A stretch of 64,000 bases of DNA from Fidelibacterota bacterium (GTDB lineage Bacteria > Fidelibacterota > Marinisomatia > Marinisomatales > UBA1611): contig JABHUQ010000028.1 in assembly GCA_018658715.1 (NCBI GenBank), positions 5,663-69,662 on the forward strand, read 5' to 3'. Within the stretch, counting starts at the first letter, position 1; the number at the start of each line of letters is the position of its first letter. A model generated the notes under the pieces. That model was not told the origin of the DNA. It did not search any database and saw only the letters and a list, made by a program, of their open reading frames with translations. Below, one piece after another: positions 8,838-19,258 of this stretch. A program made the position numbers and the translations under genes.

Positions 8838-9758
8838 ATGTCTAAAAAAATTACAATACTTATTATATTATTTAATATGATTGCATTCTCGCAGAATGAA
8901 GACCCTGCTGCTGAAGCAACTATAGAAGAAGCAGTTCTTGAAGAATCACCTTCTGAAGAAATGGAAGATGACGAAAATGAAATGTTCAATGATATCTCAT
9001 TTTCATTTGATCTGGAAGAAGGAAATACAGACCATTTGGCTCTTTCAGGAGGATGGAGTTTTTCACTTACCGGGAATATGGGCCCGTTTAAGGATACTGA
9101 ATTCATGACATCAATTAATGTAAATAAAGCAACATTAAGTGGTGAAGAATATGCGAATGATTATAGCGCTCATATTCAATTTGATTGGATGGCTAATGGA
9201 TCTTTTTCACCGTTTCTCTTTGGTGATAAATCGGCAGATGTTTCTATTGGTTTAAAGAATAGAACCAATTTTGGTATCGGAGCAAAACAACGATTTGGCC
9301 GAATATTTTCTGTGAGCGCAGCAGCTTTATACGAAAATGAAACGACAGGTATTTGGGATGATGAAATTGAAGAAGAAATCGACTCCCTAATGACTTTTTC
9401 ACGTCTGTCTGTTCGCCCGAAAGTAAAAATCAAATTAAATGATGGAGCCACTGTAATCGATTATCGTACCTATTGGAAACCGAAATTGTCCAATTTTGAT
9501 GATTATTTATGGGAAAATGAATTAACGGTTTCCATCGAAACATTTTATGAGTCATTTATGATTGATTTTTCCTTTACTCATAAATTTATTAGTCGATATA
9601 AATATGGAGCTGTTTTGCGGTCCGAAGATAGTTGGATAATATTAGATTACGAATATGACGAAGATTTAGATGATTATTTGCCTATATATGATGAAGATTC
9701 AAAGTTCTATAAAGATACAGATACAGCTTTATCAATTGGTCTCTCATTTAGTCTATAA
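8838..9758 (+). CDS. Putative outer-membrane beta-barrel protein with acidic N-terminal extension
   Basis: 306 aa with a signal peptide (ILIILFNMIAFSQ). An approximately 45-residue Glu/Asp-rich segment is followed by alternating beta-strand-like sequence ending in an aromatic-rich C-terminus. The RBS is GGGGG, 6 nt upstream. Confidence 0.45.
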   Translation: MSKKITILIILFNMIAFSQNEDPAAEATIEEAVLEESPSEEMEDDENEMFNDISFSFDLEEGNTDHLALSGGWSFSLTGNMGPFKDTEFMTSINVNKATLSGEEYANDYSAHIQFDWMANGSFSPFLFGDKSADVSIGLKNRTNFGIGAKQRFGRIFSVSAAALYENETTGIWDDEIEEEIDSLMTFSRLSVRPKVKIKLNDGATVIDYRTYWKPKLSNFDDYLWENELTVSIETFYESFMIDFSFTHKFISRYKYGAVLRSEDSWIILDYEYDEDLDDYLPIYDEDSKFYKDTDTALSIGLSFSL

Positions 9759-9785
9759 AAAGCAAAAACATTTATTTAAATATCC

Positions 9786-9818
9786 GGGGCGCGGAATTAA
9801 TTTCTCGCCCCATTTTTT
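9786..9818 (+). terminator. GC-rich hairpin plus T-run that directly abuts the leuS start codon
   Basis: GGGGCG (9786..9791) pairs with CGCCCC (9806..9811), and the stem extends inward. It is followed by ATTTTTT and then the ATG at 9819. Confidence 0.6.
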
Positions 9819-12227
9819 ATGCAATACAAACATTTAAAAATAGAAAAAAAGTGGCAGGTTTATTGGGAGACTAAAAAAACCTTTAAAGCTGAAATAGACC
9901 ACGATAAAGAAAAACTATACATATTGGATATGTTCCCATATCCATCTGGTGCTGGATTACATGTAGGTCACCCGCTGGGATATACTGCAACAGATATATA
10001 TTCAAGGTTTAAACGCCTTCAAGGTTATAATGTATTACACCCTATTGGATGGGACGCTTTCGGTCTTCCAGCAGAACAATATGCAATTAAAACTGGAACC
10101 CATCCTGCTAAAACAACCGCGAAGAATATTAATAGATACCGCACTCAATTAAAAATGTTGGGTCTTTCCTATGATTGGGATAGAGAGGTAGATACAACAG
10201 ACCCTGAATATTATAAATGGACACAATGGATTTTTCTTAAGTTATTTGAGAAAGGTTTAGCTTATGAAGCAAGAGTGCCAGTCAATTGGTGCCCAGAATT
10301 AAAAGCTGTTCTTGCGAATGAAGAAGTAATTGATGGAAAATCTGAAATTGGGGGTCATCCAGTCTTCCGAGTACCCATGAGACAATGGATGTTGAAAATT
10401 ACAGATTATGCAGAATCACTTCTAGCGGGTTTAGATGATTTAGATTGGCCGGAAAGTGTAAAAGAATTACAACGTAATTGGATTGGTCGTTCTGAAGGCG
10501 CAAAGGTTCTATTTAACTTACCATCTATAAGTGCAGATATTAAAGTATATACTACGCGCCCAGATACACTTTTTGGTGTTACCTATATGGTGTTAGCACC
10601 TGAGCATCCTTTTGTGGAATCATTAACTGTTTCGTCAAAGCAAGATGAAGTAAACACATATATTGAAGAAGCGAGTAAAAAATCTGAATTAGATCGGGGA
10701 GAGCTTGCAAAAGATAAAACGGGCGTATTTTTAGGTTCTTATGCTATTAATCCAGTCAATAATGTGGAAATTCCAATTTGGATTTCTGATTATGTATTAA
10801 TGTCCTACGGAACGGGTGCCATTATGGCTGTTCCTGGTCACGATCAACGTGATTATGAATTTGCAAAAGAATTTTCTCTTGATATTGTTGAAGTTGTGTC
10901 AGGGGGTGATATTTCTACTGAGGCATTCACAGACAATTCAGATGGATTGTTAATCAATTCTTCTAATGATTTTGGACTTGATTTAAATGGAAAAAAAGTG
11001 CCTGAAGCTATTTCTGAAACGATTCAATGGTTAGTGCAGGGTGAAATAGGAGAATCATCCATTCAATATAAGTTGAGGGATTGGTTATTCTCCAGGCAGA
11101 GATATTGGGGTGAGCCAATGCCAATTATCCATGGAAATGATGGCCCTAAAGCATTATCGAAAAATGAATTACCTTTATTGTTACCGAAAACTGAAAAATA
11201 TGAACCGTCAGGGATAGGAGAATCGCCTTTAGCTAATATTGAAGATTGGGTAAATACTCCTGAAGGTCGGCGAGAAACGAATACAATGCCACAGTGGGCT
11301 GGGTCGTGTTGGTATTATTTACGGTATCTAGACCCTAGGAATTTGAACCAATCATGGAGTCCTGAAGCAGAAAATTATTGGATGCCTGTGGACTTATATG
11401 TTGGTGGGGTAGAGCATGCTGTATTACACTTATTGTATTCTCGTTTTTGGCATCATGTATTGCACGATATTGGTGTAGTCTCTACTCGTGAGCCATTTCA
11501 AAAACTCTTCAATCAAGGTATGATTCAAGGGGAAGATGGTCAAAAAATGAGTAAATCTAAAGGTAATGTTGTTAACCCTGATGATGTTGTGGAAGAATTT
11601 GGTGCAGACTCATTCCGTTTATATGAAATGTTCATGGGTCCTTTAGATAAAGCAAAACCATGGAGTACTACTGGCTTACAGGGATGCCATCGGTTCTTGC
11701 AGAAGATTTGGAAGTTATACATAAAGCATGGCGAAAGTGATTCTATTTCTAGCGATAATTCAAAAACAGAAACTTTATTTCATCAAACAATAAAAAAGGT
11801 TACAGAAGATTTACAAGTTTTACATTTTAATACTGCCATTTCTCAATTAATGATATTAACCAATCATTTAGTCAATCAAGAAACGGTGAGCGATTCATTA
11901 TTAAACAAACTATTAGTTATATTAAATCCATTTGCACCACACATTACTGAAGAAATTAATGAAATGCGTGGGAATCAAACTGTTATTACAGAATTAGTTT
12001 GGCCCAAATGGGATAAAAATAAAATTCAAAATAATGAAACAAATATTCCTGTACAGATAAATGGTAAGGTACGGGTAAATATATCTGTAAATCCTCAATT
12101 AGATTCAAAAGAAGATATATTAGAAAAAGCAAAATTAGCAGATAGAATTGTTGAATTAACTCAGGGTAAAACAATTGTAAAAGAGATATATGTGCCAGGA
12201 CGTATTGTTAATCTCGTGATTAAATAA
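9819..12227 (+). CDS. leuS: Leucyl-tRNA synthetase
   Basis: 802 aa. Motifs are [16 protein letters not shown] (HIGH region), [10 protein letters not shown], and KMSKSKGN. Confidence 0.97.
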   Translation: MQYKHLKIEKKWQVYWETKKTFKAEIDHDKEKLYILDMFPYPSGAGLHVGHPLGYTATDIYSRFKRLQGYNVLHPIGWDAFGLPAEQYAIKTGTHPAKTTAKNINRYRTQLKMLGLSYDWDREVDTTDPEYYKWTQWIFLKLFEKGLAYEARVPVNWCPELKAVLANEEVIDGKSEIGGHPVFRVPMRQWMLKITDYAESLLAGLDDLDWPESVKELQRNWIGRSEGAKVLFNLPSISADIKVYTTRPDTLFGVTYMVLAPEHPFVESLTVSSKQDEVNTYIEEASKKSELDRGELAKDKTGVFLGSYAINPVNNVEIPIWISDYVLMSYGTGAIMAVPGHDQRDYEFAKEFSLDIVEVVSGGDISTEAFTDNSDGLLINSSNDFGLDLNGKKVPEAISETIQWLVQGEIGESSIQYKLRDWLFSRQRYWGEPMPIIHGNDGPKALSKNELPLLLPKTEKYEPSGIGESPLANIEDWVNTPEGRRETNTMPQWAGSCWYYLRYLDPRNLNQSWSPEAENYWMPVDLYVGGVEHAVLHLLYSRFWHHVLHDIGVVSTREPFQKLFNQGMIQGEDGQKMSKSKGNVVNPDDVVEEFGADSFRLYEMFMGPLDKAKPWSTTGLQGCHRFLQKIWKLYIKHGESDSISSDNSKTETLFHQTIKKVTEDLQVLHFNTAISQLMILTNHLVNQETVSDSLLNKLLVILNPFAPHITEEINEMRGNQTVITELVWPKWDKNKIQNNETNIPVQINGKVRVNISVNPQLDSKEDILEKAKLADRIVELTQGKTIVKEIYVPGRIVNLVIK

Positions 12228-12307
12228 TTCAAATCTTCTCCTAATTGATTATTTCTTTTAAATTATAGTTCCAAATGTAAGTTAATAAATTTTTAAGGAG
12301 AGATTAC

Positions 12308-15300
12308 ATGAACATTAATCATTTTCATATTGTTCTTGGAGGAAACAGGACATTTATAAGAATTGCTTTATTCTTCAGCTTGGTATGCTCATTGCTAGTT
12401 GGACAAATAATCCCTGTCAGTAACATAAATAATGTCACCATTAATAAGTGGGTTGTCGTTAAAGATGAAAATTTTAATAAAGACAAATTAAACCTACTTA
12501 TTAAAGACCCCGCCAAATTTATTACAGCATCAGAGCAAACAGTAACAGTTGACCTAGGAACTGTAAAAGACTCCCCTATCCAAGTCTATCAATTATTTAA
12601 AAACTTCACACATACTTCATCAATTGCTGCTATAACAAGAGTTGATTTACCTTCTGAACAAGACGTTGCTATAGGCTTTGGTAATTTTGATTTAGATGCT
12701 TCTATCTATATAAATGGTAATTTAGTCATGTCTGAAAATAATAGAGACGATTCTAATTTTAAAGTTCAATTCAAAAAAGGAGAAAATGACATAATTATCA
12801 CAGGGAATGTTATTGGCGGAAATAGGATGCCTAGTTTTTTCGCACGGTTTTATGGAGAACAAAGAGGCGAGATTGAAGGAACTATCCTAGATGCGAAAAA
12901 TAAACCGGTACCATTTGCGACAATAGATTTTAAAAGCGAATATATTAATATGACTTCACAATCTGATAAAAATGGTAAATATAACCTATGGGTATATCCT
13001 AATTATGGAAATTATACGATTGAAGCATCCAAAAATAATTATTATGGTCACTCTGAAGATGTGTATGTAAAAGAGTTTGGTAGATATAATATAGATATTA
13101 AGCTTATCAATACATCATCTATCTCCGGGACTGTATTTACAATGGATAAAAAAACACCGCATCCTGGTGTTGTGGTCCAACTAGAAAATATTGTCGATCA
13201 AAAAATAATTCAGACAAATATTACAGATCAAACAGGTAAATATACATTTACACCACCAATAGGGAAGTATAAAATTCGACTTTTTGCGAATAATACATAT
13301 ATCTATAAAAAGAATAATAAGAATGAAAATGATATTATTAACCTTACGAGCAAGGGACATAAATACGAACGAGATTTTTTCATTCAAAATCAAAATAGAG
13401 GATCTTGGAATAGTATTGGCATGTTTGATGGTATGCTGAGTATGGCAGTTCATATTACATTACTTTCTAGTGAAGACATTCTATACACAGGAACTTATAA
13501 TGGATTATCTGTTTATGATGGATTATCGGTCAAGACATACAATTATGATCATGACCTTCCAAATAGTCCTATATTCGATGTTTTTGAAGATAATGAAGGA
13601 TTCATATGGCTGGCCTTTGCATCTAAAGGAATTGTAAAATGGAAATCAGGAAGAGTGATCCAACATTATACTATTGATGATGGCCTTGTATCAAATCATG
13701 TAAACACAATTGATCAAGATAAAGACGGAAATTTACTCATTGGTACTCAAGAAGGGTTATCCATTTTTGATGGTGAAAAGTTTACAAACTATAATTTTAC
13801 TCATGGAATAGGAAATGGATTTATTACTGATATTGAAGTCGTGGGTAAAAATATATGGATTGGAACGGGTGCTTTAGGGAAAGCAGGAACTTTTCGTACA
13901 TATGGAGGAGGCTTAACACTATATAATGGCAAAACATTTAAATCGTTCGATTTAACTCCATTCACAGGAATTGATTTAAATATAGCAGTTATTAATTGTA
14001 TAAAAGAGTATGATGGAACTATTTGGATAGGCACTTTGGGCGGTTTATTAAAATATGATGGTTCAAAATTTCATATGTACACAAAATCAGATGGTCTTCC
14101 TTCGAATAATATTAATGATATTCTTATTGATAATAATGGTATTTGGATATGTACTAATAGTGGTTTAGCCAATTTTAATAATGGGGGATTTAAAGTCATT
14201 ACAACGCTTGATGTGAAATCGGATGGATTAACTGGGCTTTATGGGACAACTGCGATCTCAAAATCACGGGATGGTATTTATTTTATTGGCGGACAGGGTG
14301 TTAGCTTGTACGATCCTAATTCACTAAAAACTATTTCTGCTTATGATGGAATGCCGGTGCCCAACAATTGGACAAATGGAATATCAGATATAGAACTAGG
14401 CAAAGATGGGTACCTTTGGGTTACTTCAGGTTGGAATGGTATATATAAATTGAGTGGCGAAGTAATAATAGAAAATTATAATATCAATAATAGTAAAATT
14501 CCTGCTAATAGGACGATTGCTATATCATTTGCTAATGATGGTTCAATGTGGGGTGCACATGGTAATGCTGGGGTTTCAAGATTTATAAATGGCGAATTTG
14601 AGAATATGACTGACAAGCTTAATATTCCTGCTAATACTATAATTACTGATATCGCTTTTGATGAACAAGGCACACTATGGTTAGCTACAAACCGTGGTTT
14701 AGCAAAATATAAAAATGATACATTAACTATTTTTGATGAAAAAGATGGACTTATAATGCCAAAAAGGAATTGTGATATTAATATTGGACTGAATGGAGAA
14801 ATTATATACAGTACTTACGGCTCGGGTATATCGATTTATGATGGAGAAACATTTAAAAATTATGACGAATCAAATGGCCTGGTTGATAATAGAATATGGG
14901 ACTTAACAGTTGATTCAAAAAATAATATTTGGATGGCTACGGACGGATCTGGCGTTCAGATGTTTGATGGCGCCACTTTTGTTCATCACTCTGTAAATGA
15001 TGGAGTAACGGCTGGTGAAACATTTTCTATTTATGCGGATGATTTTGATAATATTTGGGTGGGTACTTTTGGAGGTGGTGTTTGCTTTTATGATGGGAAT
15101 GTTTGGAGTAGTGTTGATACTAGAGATGGATTGCTACAGGATTTAATTGGGTCCATAGAAGGAATTGATGGGAATAAATTTTGGTTTGGAAGTGAAAATG
15201 GGATTACTGTTTATGAGCCAAAAAGACAAACACCTTATGCATATATAGAACAAATAAAAACGCCAAACGGAAATTATAATACATTGGAAATAAACTTACT

Positions 15301-17257
15301 TAGAGTTGATGATTTACTTGAAAAATCTCGTATCTCTTTTACATTTAATTCAAATAGCTATAATACTCGAAAAGAAAAACAAAAATATATTATTCATATC
15401 AAAGGAAATGGGCAAAAAGAGACACATCTAATAAAAACAAATGAATTTGAATATTTTCCTAATAAATCTGGAGAGTATACTATAGAATTTCAATCCATTG
15501 ATCGTGATTTAAACTATTCACCTCTGAATAGGGTCCAATTGGGAGTTATTGGACCGTGGTATAAAAATCCAGCAACAGCAATCCCATTTTGGGGATTTAT
15601 TATAATTATATTATTATTTTCAGGCTTTACGAGTAATAAATATTTAAAGCAAAAACAATATTCAATGGCCTTAAAAGATGCTTCTCAGAAAAAAGACAGA
15701 AAAACTCGAAAACATTTAGAAGAAAAAAATACTGAGTTAGTCGAGTCTCAAAAAGCAGCAGAAGCTGCTAATGAAGCAAAGAGTACTTTTCTTGCAAATA
15801 TGAGTCATGAGCTCCGTACGCCTTTAAATGCAATTATTGGCTATAGTGAAATGTTAATGGAAGATGCTGAAGACGAGAATGAAGAATTTATTCCTGACCT
15901 TGATAAAATTAATAATTCAGGTAAACATTTATTGGGTCTCATAAATGATATTCTTGATTTATCGAAAGTAGAATCAGGAAAAATGGAACTCTTTTTAGAA
16001 GAATTCAACTTATCTAAGATTATGGACGAAATTGAATCTACTATTTTGCCTATGGTGGAGAAAAATAATAACTCACTCAAGATTAATATAAAATCAGATA
16101 CAAAAACCATTGTGGCGGATATAACAAAAATTCGTCAAATCATACTTAATTTATTGAGTAATTCATCAAAGTTCACAAAAGATGGTACCATATCAATTAA
16201 TGTAGTTGAATCAAATAGCCAAGATGATTCCATTGATTTTATTATTGCAGATACAGGTATCGGAATGTCTCAAGACCAAGTTGAAAAAGTATTCATGCCT
16301 TTTACGCAAGCTGATGAAAAAACAACTAGAAAGTTTGGCGGAACGGGTTTGGGACTCACTATTACAAAAATGTTTGCAGAAATGATGGGCGGTGATATAG
16401 CTCTTTCATCTGTAGAAGGTGAGGGGACTACTTTTATTGTAACTATTCCAAGATGTGTTGTTGATCCAAAAAAAGAATCATCTGAAATATTGCCTGTAGA
16501 TTTGAGTGAGTCTGATTTTACCATATTGGTAATTGATGATGATGATAATGCTCAAGGCTTGATGAAGAAATTTTTGAATAAACAGGGTTATTCCATTATT
16601 CAGGCTCTTTCGGGAAAAGACGGAATAAAGTTAGCAAATGAACAACACCCCGACCTTATTACATTAGATGTGATGATGCCTGAAATGGATGGGTGGGAAG
16701 TTTTAGCTGAATTACAAGCTAATGATTTAACTAAAAATATTCCTGTTATAATGTTATCTATGGCAGATGAACCCGATATTGGATTCTCTTTAGGGGCCAC
16801 AGATTATTTAACAAAACCAATTAATTGGAGCAGATTATCTGATGTTTTGGGCAAATATCATATTGATGCTACAACAGATGCTATATTAATTGTTGAAGAT
16901 GATAAAATTACACGAGATATGCTACGGAAAAGCCTTGAGAGTAATGAATACAAGGTTAGAACGGCTATTAATGGAAAAAAAGGACTTGAAGCAATTGAAG
17001 TGTCTAAACCAAGTCTCATAATTTTAGATTTAATGATGCCTGAAATGGATGGTTTTGAGTTTGCTGAAAAATTACGTGAAAATAAAGAATGGCTTGATAT
17101 CCCTGTTGTAGTAGTCACTGCAAAAGATCTTACTAAGGATGATCATAAGAGGTTAAAAGGCAATGTGGAGGCTATTATGCAGAAAGGGTCTTATAGTAAA
17201 AATGATTTATTGTCCGAAGTCGGTGAAAAAATTAACAAATTAAAAACAGGGAGTTAG
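12308..17257 (+). CDS. Hybrid sensor histidine kinase with a large extracytoplasmic sensor (CarboxypepD_reg-like, regulator-propeller and Y_Y_Y-like domains), HisKA/HATPase and two receiver domains
   Basis: 1649 aa. It has repeated propeller motifs (GL..F/YDG..F..Y) and a TM segment (IPFWGFIIIILLFSGF). The H-box is MSHELRTPLNAIIGYSEML and the G-boxes are DTGIGM and GGTGLGL. Both REC domains carry DVMMPEMDG/DLMMPEMDG. Confidence 0.9.
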   Translation: MNINHFHIVLGGNRTFIRIALFFSLVCSLLVGQIIPVSNINNVTINKWVVVKDENFNKDKLNLLIKDPAKFITASEQTVTVDLGTVKDSPIQVYQLFKNFTHTSSIAAITRVDLPSEQDVAIGFGNFDLDASIYINGNLVMSENNRDDSNFKVQFKKGENDIIITGNVIGGNRMPSFFARFYGEQRGEIEGTILDAKNKPVPFATIDFKSEYINMTSQSDKNGKYNLWVYPNYGNYTIEASKNNYYGHSEDVYVKEFGRYNIDIKLINTSSISGTVFTMDKKTPHPGVVVQLENIVDQKIIQTNITDQTGKYTFTPPIGKYKIRLFANNTYIYKKNNKNENDIINLTSKGHKYERDFFIQNQNRGSWNSIGMFDGMLSMAVHITLLSSEDILYTGTYNGLSVYDGLSVKTYNYDHDLPNSPIFDVFEDNEGFIWLAFASKGIVKWKSGRVIQHYTIDDGLVSNHVNTIDQDKDGNLLIGTQEGLSIFDGEKFTNYNFTHGIGNGFITDIEVVGKNIWIGTGALGKAGTFRTYGGGLTLYNGKTFKSFDLTPFTGIDLNIAVINCIKEYDGTIWIGTLGGLLKYDGSKFHMYTKSDGLPSNNINDILIDNNGIWICTNSGLANFNNGGFKVITTLDVKSDGLTGLYGTTAISKSRDGIYFIGGQGVSLYDPNSLKTISAYDGMPVPNNWTNGISDIELGKDGYLWVTSGWNGIYKLSGEVIIENYNINNSKIPANRTIAISFANDGSMWGAHGNAGVSRFINGEFENMTDKLNIPANTIITDIAFDEQGTLWLATNRGLAKYKNDTLTIFDEKDGLIMPKRNCDINIGLNGEIIYSTYGSGISIYDGETFKNYDESNGLVDNRIWDLTVDSKNNIWMATDGSGVQMFDGATFVHHSVNDGVTAGETFSIYADDFDNIWVGTFGGGVCFYDGNVWSSVDTRDGLLQDLIGSIEGIDGNKFWFGSENGITVYEPKRQTPYAYIEQIKTPNGNYNTLEINLLRVDDLLEKSRISFTFNSNSYNTRKEKQKYIIHIKGNGQKETHLIKTNEFEYFPNKSGEYTIEFQSIDRDLNYSPLNRVQLGVIGPWYKNPATAIPFWGFIIIILLFSGFTSNKYLKQKQYSMALKDASQKKDRKTRKHLEEKNTELVESQKAAEAANEAKSTFLANMSHELRTPLNAIIGYSEMLMEDAEDENEEFIPDLDKINNSGKHLLGLINDILDLSKVESGKMELFLEEFNLSKIMDEIESTILPMVEKNNNSLKINIKSDTKTIVADITKIRQIILNLLSNSSKFTKDGTISINVVESNSQDDSIDFIIADTGIGMSQDQVEKVFMPFTQADEKTTRKFGGTGLGLTITKMFAEMMGGDIALSSVEGEGTTFIVTIPRCVVDPKKESSEILPVDLSESDFTILVIDDDDNAQGLMKKFLNKQGYSIIQALSGKDGIKLANEQHPDLITLDVMMPEMDGWEVLAELQANDLTKNIPVIMLSMADEPDIGFSLGATDYLTKPINWSRLSDVLGKYHIDATTDAILIVEDDKITRDMLRKSLESNEYKVRTAINGKKGLEAIEVSKPSLIILDLMMPEMDGFEFAEKLRENKEWLDIPVVVVTAKDLTKDDHKRLKGNVEAIMQKGSYSKNDLLSEVGEKINKLKTGS

Positions 17258-17261
17258 GAAA

Positions 17262-17624
17262 ATGGCCAAAATACTAATTGTAGAAGATAATGAATTGAAT
17301 CGAGATATGCTCTCAAGAAGATTAATTCGGAAAGGATTTGATATCGTTATGGCTGAAGATGGACAAAAAGGTGTCGATATGTCTAAGAGTGAAAGTCCTG
17401 ATCTTATTTTGATGGACCTCAGTCTTCCGGTGATGGATGGGTGGGAAGCAACGTCGACCATTAAAGATGAGACTGCCACGGCTGAAATCCCTATAATTGT
17501 ACTTACAGCACACGCTATGGCAGGAGATAGAGAAAAGGCGTTAGAAGCTGGTGCAGATGAGTATGATACTAAGCCTATTGAATTCAAACGCTTACTCGGT
17601 AAAATCAAGAGCTTTCTAGCTTAA
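17262..17624 (+). CDS. Single-domain response regulator (CheY-like receiver)
   Basis: 120 aa with ILIVEDN, DLSLPVMDGWE and TKP motifs. It starts 5 nt after the kinase stop. Confidence 0.9.
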   Translation: MAKILIVEDNELNRDMLSRRLIRKGFDIVMAEDGQKGVDMSKSESPDLILMDLSLPVMDGWEATSTIKDETATAEIPIIVLTAHAMAGDREKALEAGADEYDTKPIEFKRLLGKIKSFLA

Positions 17625-17637
17625 CACCTATATAAAA

Positions 17638-19221
17638 TTGGTTAATGAACGCATAAAAAAAGCCTTTTTAGGGAAGGCAAGACATAACTTAAAAAATCCA
17701 GTAAATGCCATTATTGGCTATAGTGAAATGCTCCTAGAAGATTGCGAAGAATCAGGAAATGAGAATTTATTAATTGATTTAAATAGTTTATTATTAGCAG
17801 GAAATGAAATTTTAAACCACATTGAAAATCAATTAAGTGACAACAGAATTAATAAAATTGAACATTCTGTTGTACAAATGGGCAAAGATGCTGAAATTGC
17901 TATACGTACTCCATTAAATACAATTATTGGTGTTTCAGAACTATTGTTAGAAGATGAGTTTGACCATATTGTTAGTACTTTTTCTAGTGATATGAAAAAC
18001 ATCAATGATTCGGGTCAAATGCTTATCCAGGAATTAAAATCCATTATTGATTTCAAAATATCTGATTTAGAAGAAATCAGAAACCAAAATTTGAATGTAG
18101 GCAATTTATCGATGGTAAAGGATGTATTAGACAGTATACAGCCATTGGAATCAGCCGATTATAAAAAAATGGTAATTGGTCAAATTTTAGTTGTTGACGA
18201 TAATATAAATAACACAGAATTGCTTAAAAAAAGGCTTGAAAAACAAGGACATGAAATAATAATTGCAAATAACGGGAGGGAAGCACTTATTCATTTGATG
18301 ACAAAAGACAAATCACTGGATTTAATGCTTTTAGATATTGTTATGCCGGAAATGAATGGATATGAAGTATTAAAATTTATTCGTAATGATAAGCGATTTC
18401 ATGAATTACCAGTCATAATGATCTCATCTATGGATGATACAGACAGTATATATCGTTGTATAGAAATTGGAGCTGATGACTATATTCAAAAGCCGTTTAA
18501 TCAAGCTGTACTAAATGCGCGAATCAGCAGTTGTATAGAGAGAAAACAATTAAGAGACAAAGAAATTACTTTAATTTCGAAACTAAACATAGAAAGAGAA
18601 AAATCTGAAAATTTACTTTTAAATATGTTACCAAATAGTGTCGCTTCAAGATTAAAAGCAGGTGAAACAGATATTGCAACTAAACATGATGAAGTAACTG
18701 TAGTATTTGCTGATATTGTAGAATTTACACCCCAAACCCAAGAAATGAATCCAAGTATGGTCGTTCATATACTTAATAATATATTTACTTCCTTTGATAA
18801 ATTAGCTCAACAATTTAATGTTGAAAAAATTAAGACAATTGGAGATAGTTATTTCGCAGTTGGTGGTTTGAATTCGAATAACCAAAAACAATCAGCTATT
18901 AATGTTATTGAAATGGCCAAAGAAATGCTTAATGTATTAGTAATTTTAAACAAAGAAACAAAAGAAATGAAATTAGTACTAAGAATTGGCGTTCATACAG
19001 GACCAGCTGTGTCCGGAGTCATTGGCAGAAATAAGTTTGCTTATGACGTTTGGGGTGCTACAATTAATATGGCCAATCGATTAGAAACGACATGCGTAAA
19101 TGGGAAAATACATATTTCCAAAAAAACAAAAGAATTATTAGGTAGCCGATATAGCTATATAAAATGTAAAGACACAGAAATAAAGGGAATTGGACTAAAA
19201 ACAACCTATATTATTAAATAA
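17638..19221 (+). CDS. Receiver-domain class III adenylate cyclase with two N-terminal DHp (HisKA-like) helices and no ATPase domain
   Basis: 527 aa. The N-terminus has ARHNLKNPVNAIIGYSEML (His retained) and a second copy, IRTPLNTIIGVSELL, with the His lost. The REC domain has LLDIVMPEMNG. The cyclase motifs are VVFADIVEFT, KTIGDSYFAVGG, YDVWG and NMANRLE. The start is a TTG. Confidence 0.85.
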   Translation: MVNERIKKAFLGKARHNLKNPVNAIIGYSEMLLEDCEESGNENLLIDLNSLLLAGNEILNHIENQLSDNRINKIEHSVVQMGKDAEIAIRTPLNTIIGVSELLLEDEFDHIVSTFSSDMKNINDSGQMLIQELKSIIDFKISDLEEIRNQNLNVGNLSMVKDVLDSIQPLESADYKKMVIGQILVVDDNINNTELLKKRLEKQGHEIIIANNGREALIHLMTKDKSLDLMLLDIVMPEMNGYEVLKFIRNDKRFHELPVIMISSMDDTDSIYRCIEIGADDYIQKPFNQAVLNARISSCIERKQLRDKEITLISKLNIEREKSENLLLNMLPNSVASRLKAGETDIATKHDEVTVVFADIVEFTPQTQEMNPSMVVHILNNIFTSFDKLAQQFNVEKIKTIGDSYFAVGGLNSNNQKQSAINVIEMAKEMLNVLVILNKETKEMKLVLRIGVHTGPAVSGVIGRNKFAYDVWGATINMANRLETTCVNGKIHISKKTKELLGSRYSYIKCKDTEIKGIGLKTTYIIK

Positions 19222-19258
19222 ATTGCAATTATACATAATATATATTATGTGCAATTTA
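19219..19258. terminator. Bidirectional hairpin covering the stop codons of two convergent genes
   Basis: TAAATTGCA (19219..19227) pairs with TGCAATTTA (19250..19258). An inner helix CATAAT/ATTATG is also present. The stem is A/T-rich. Confidence 0.4.
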
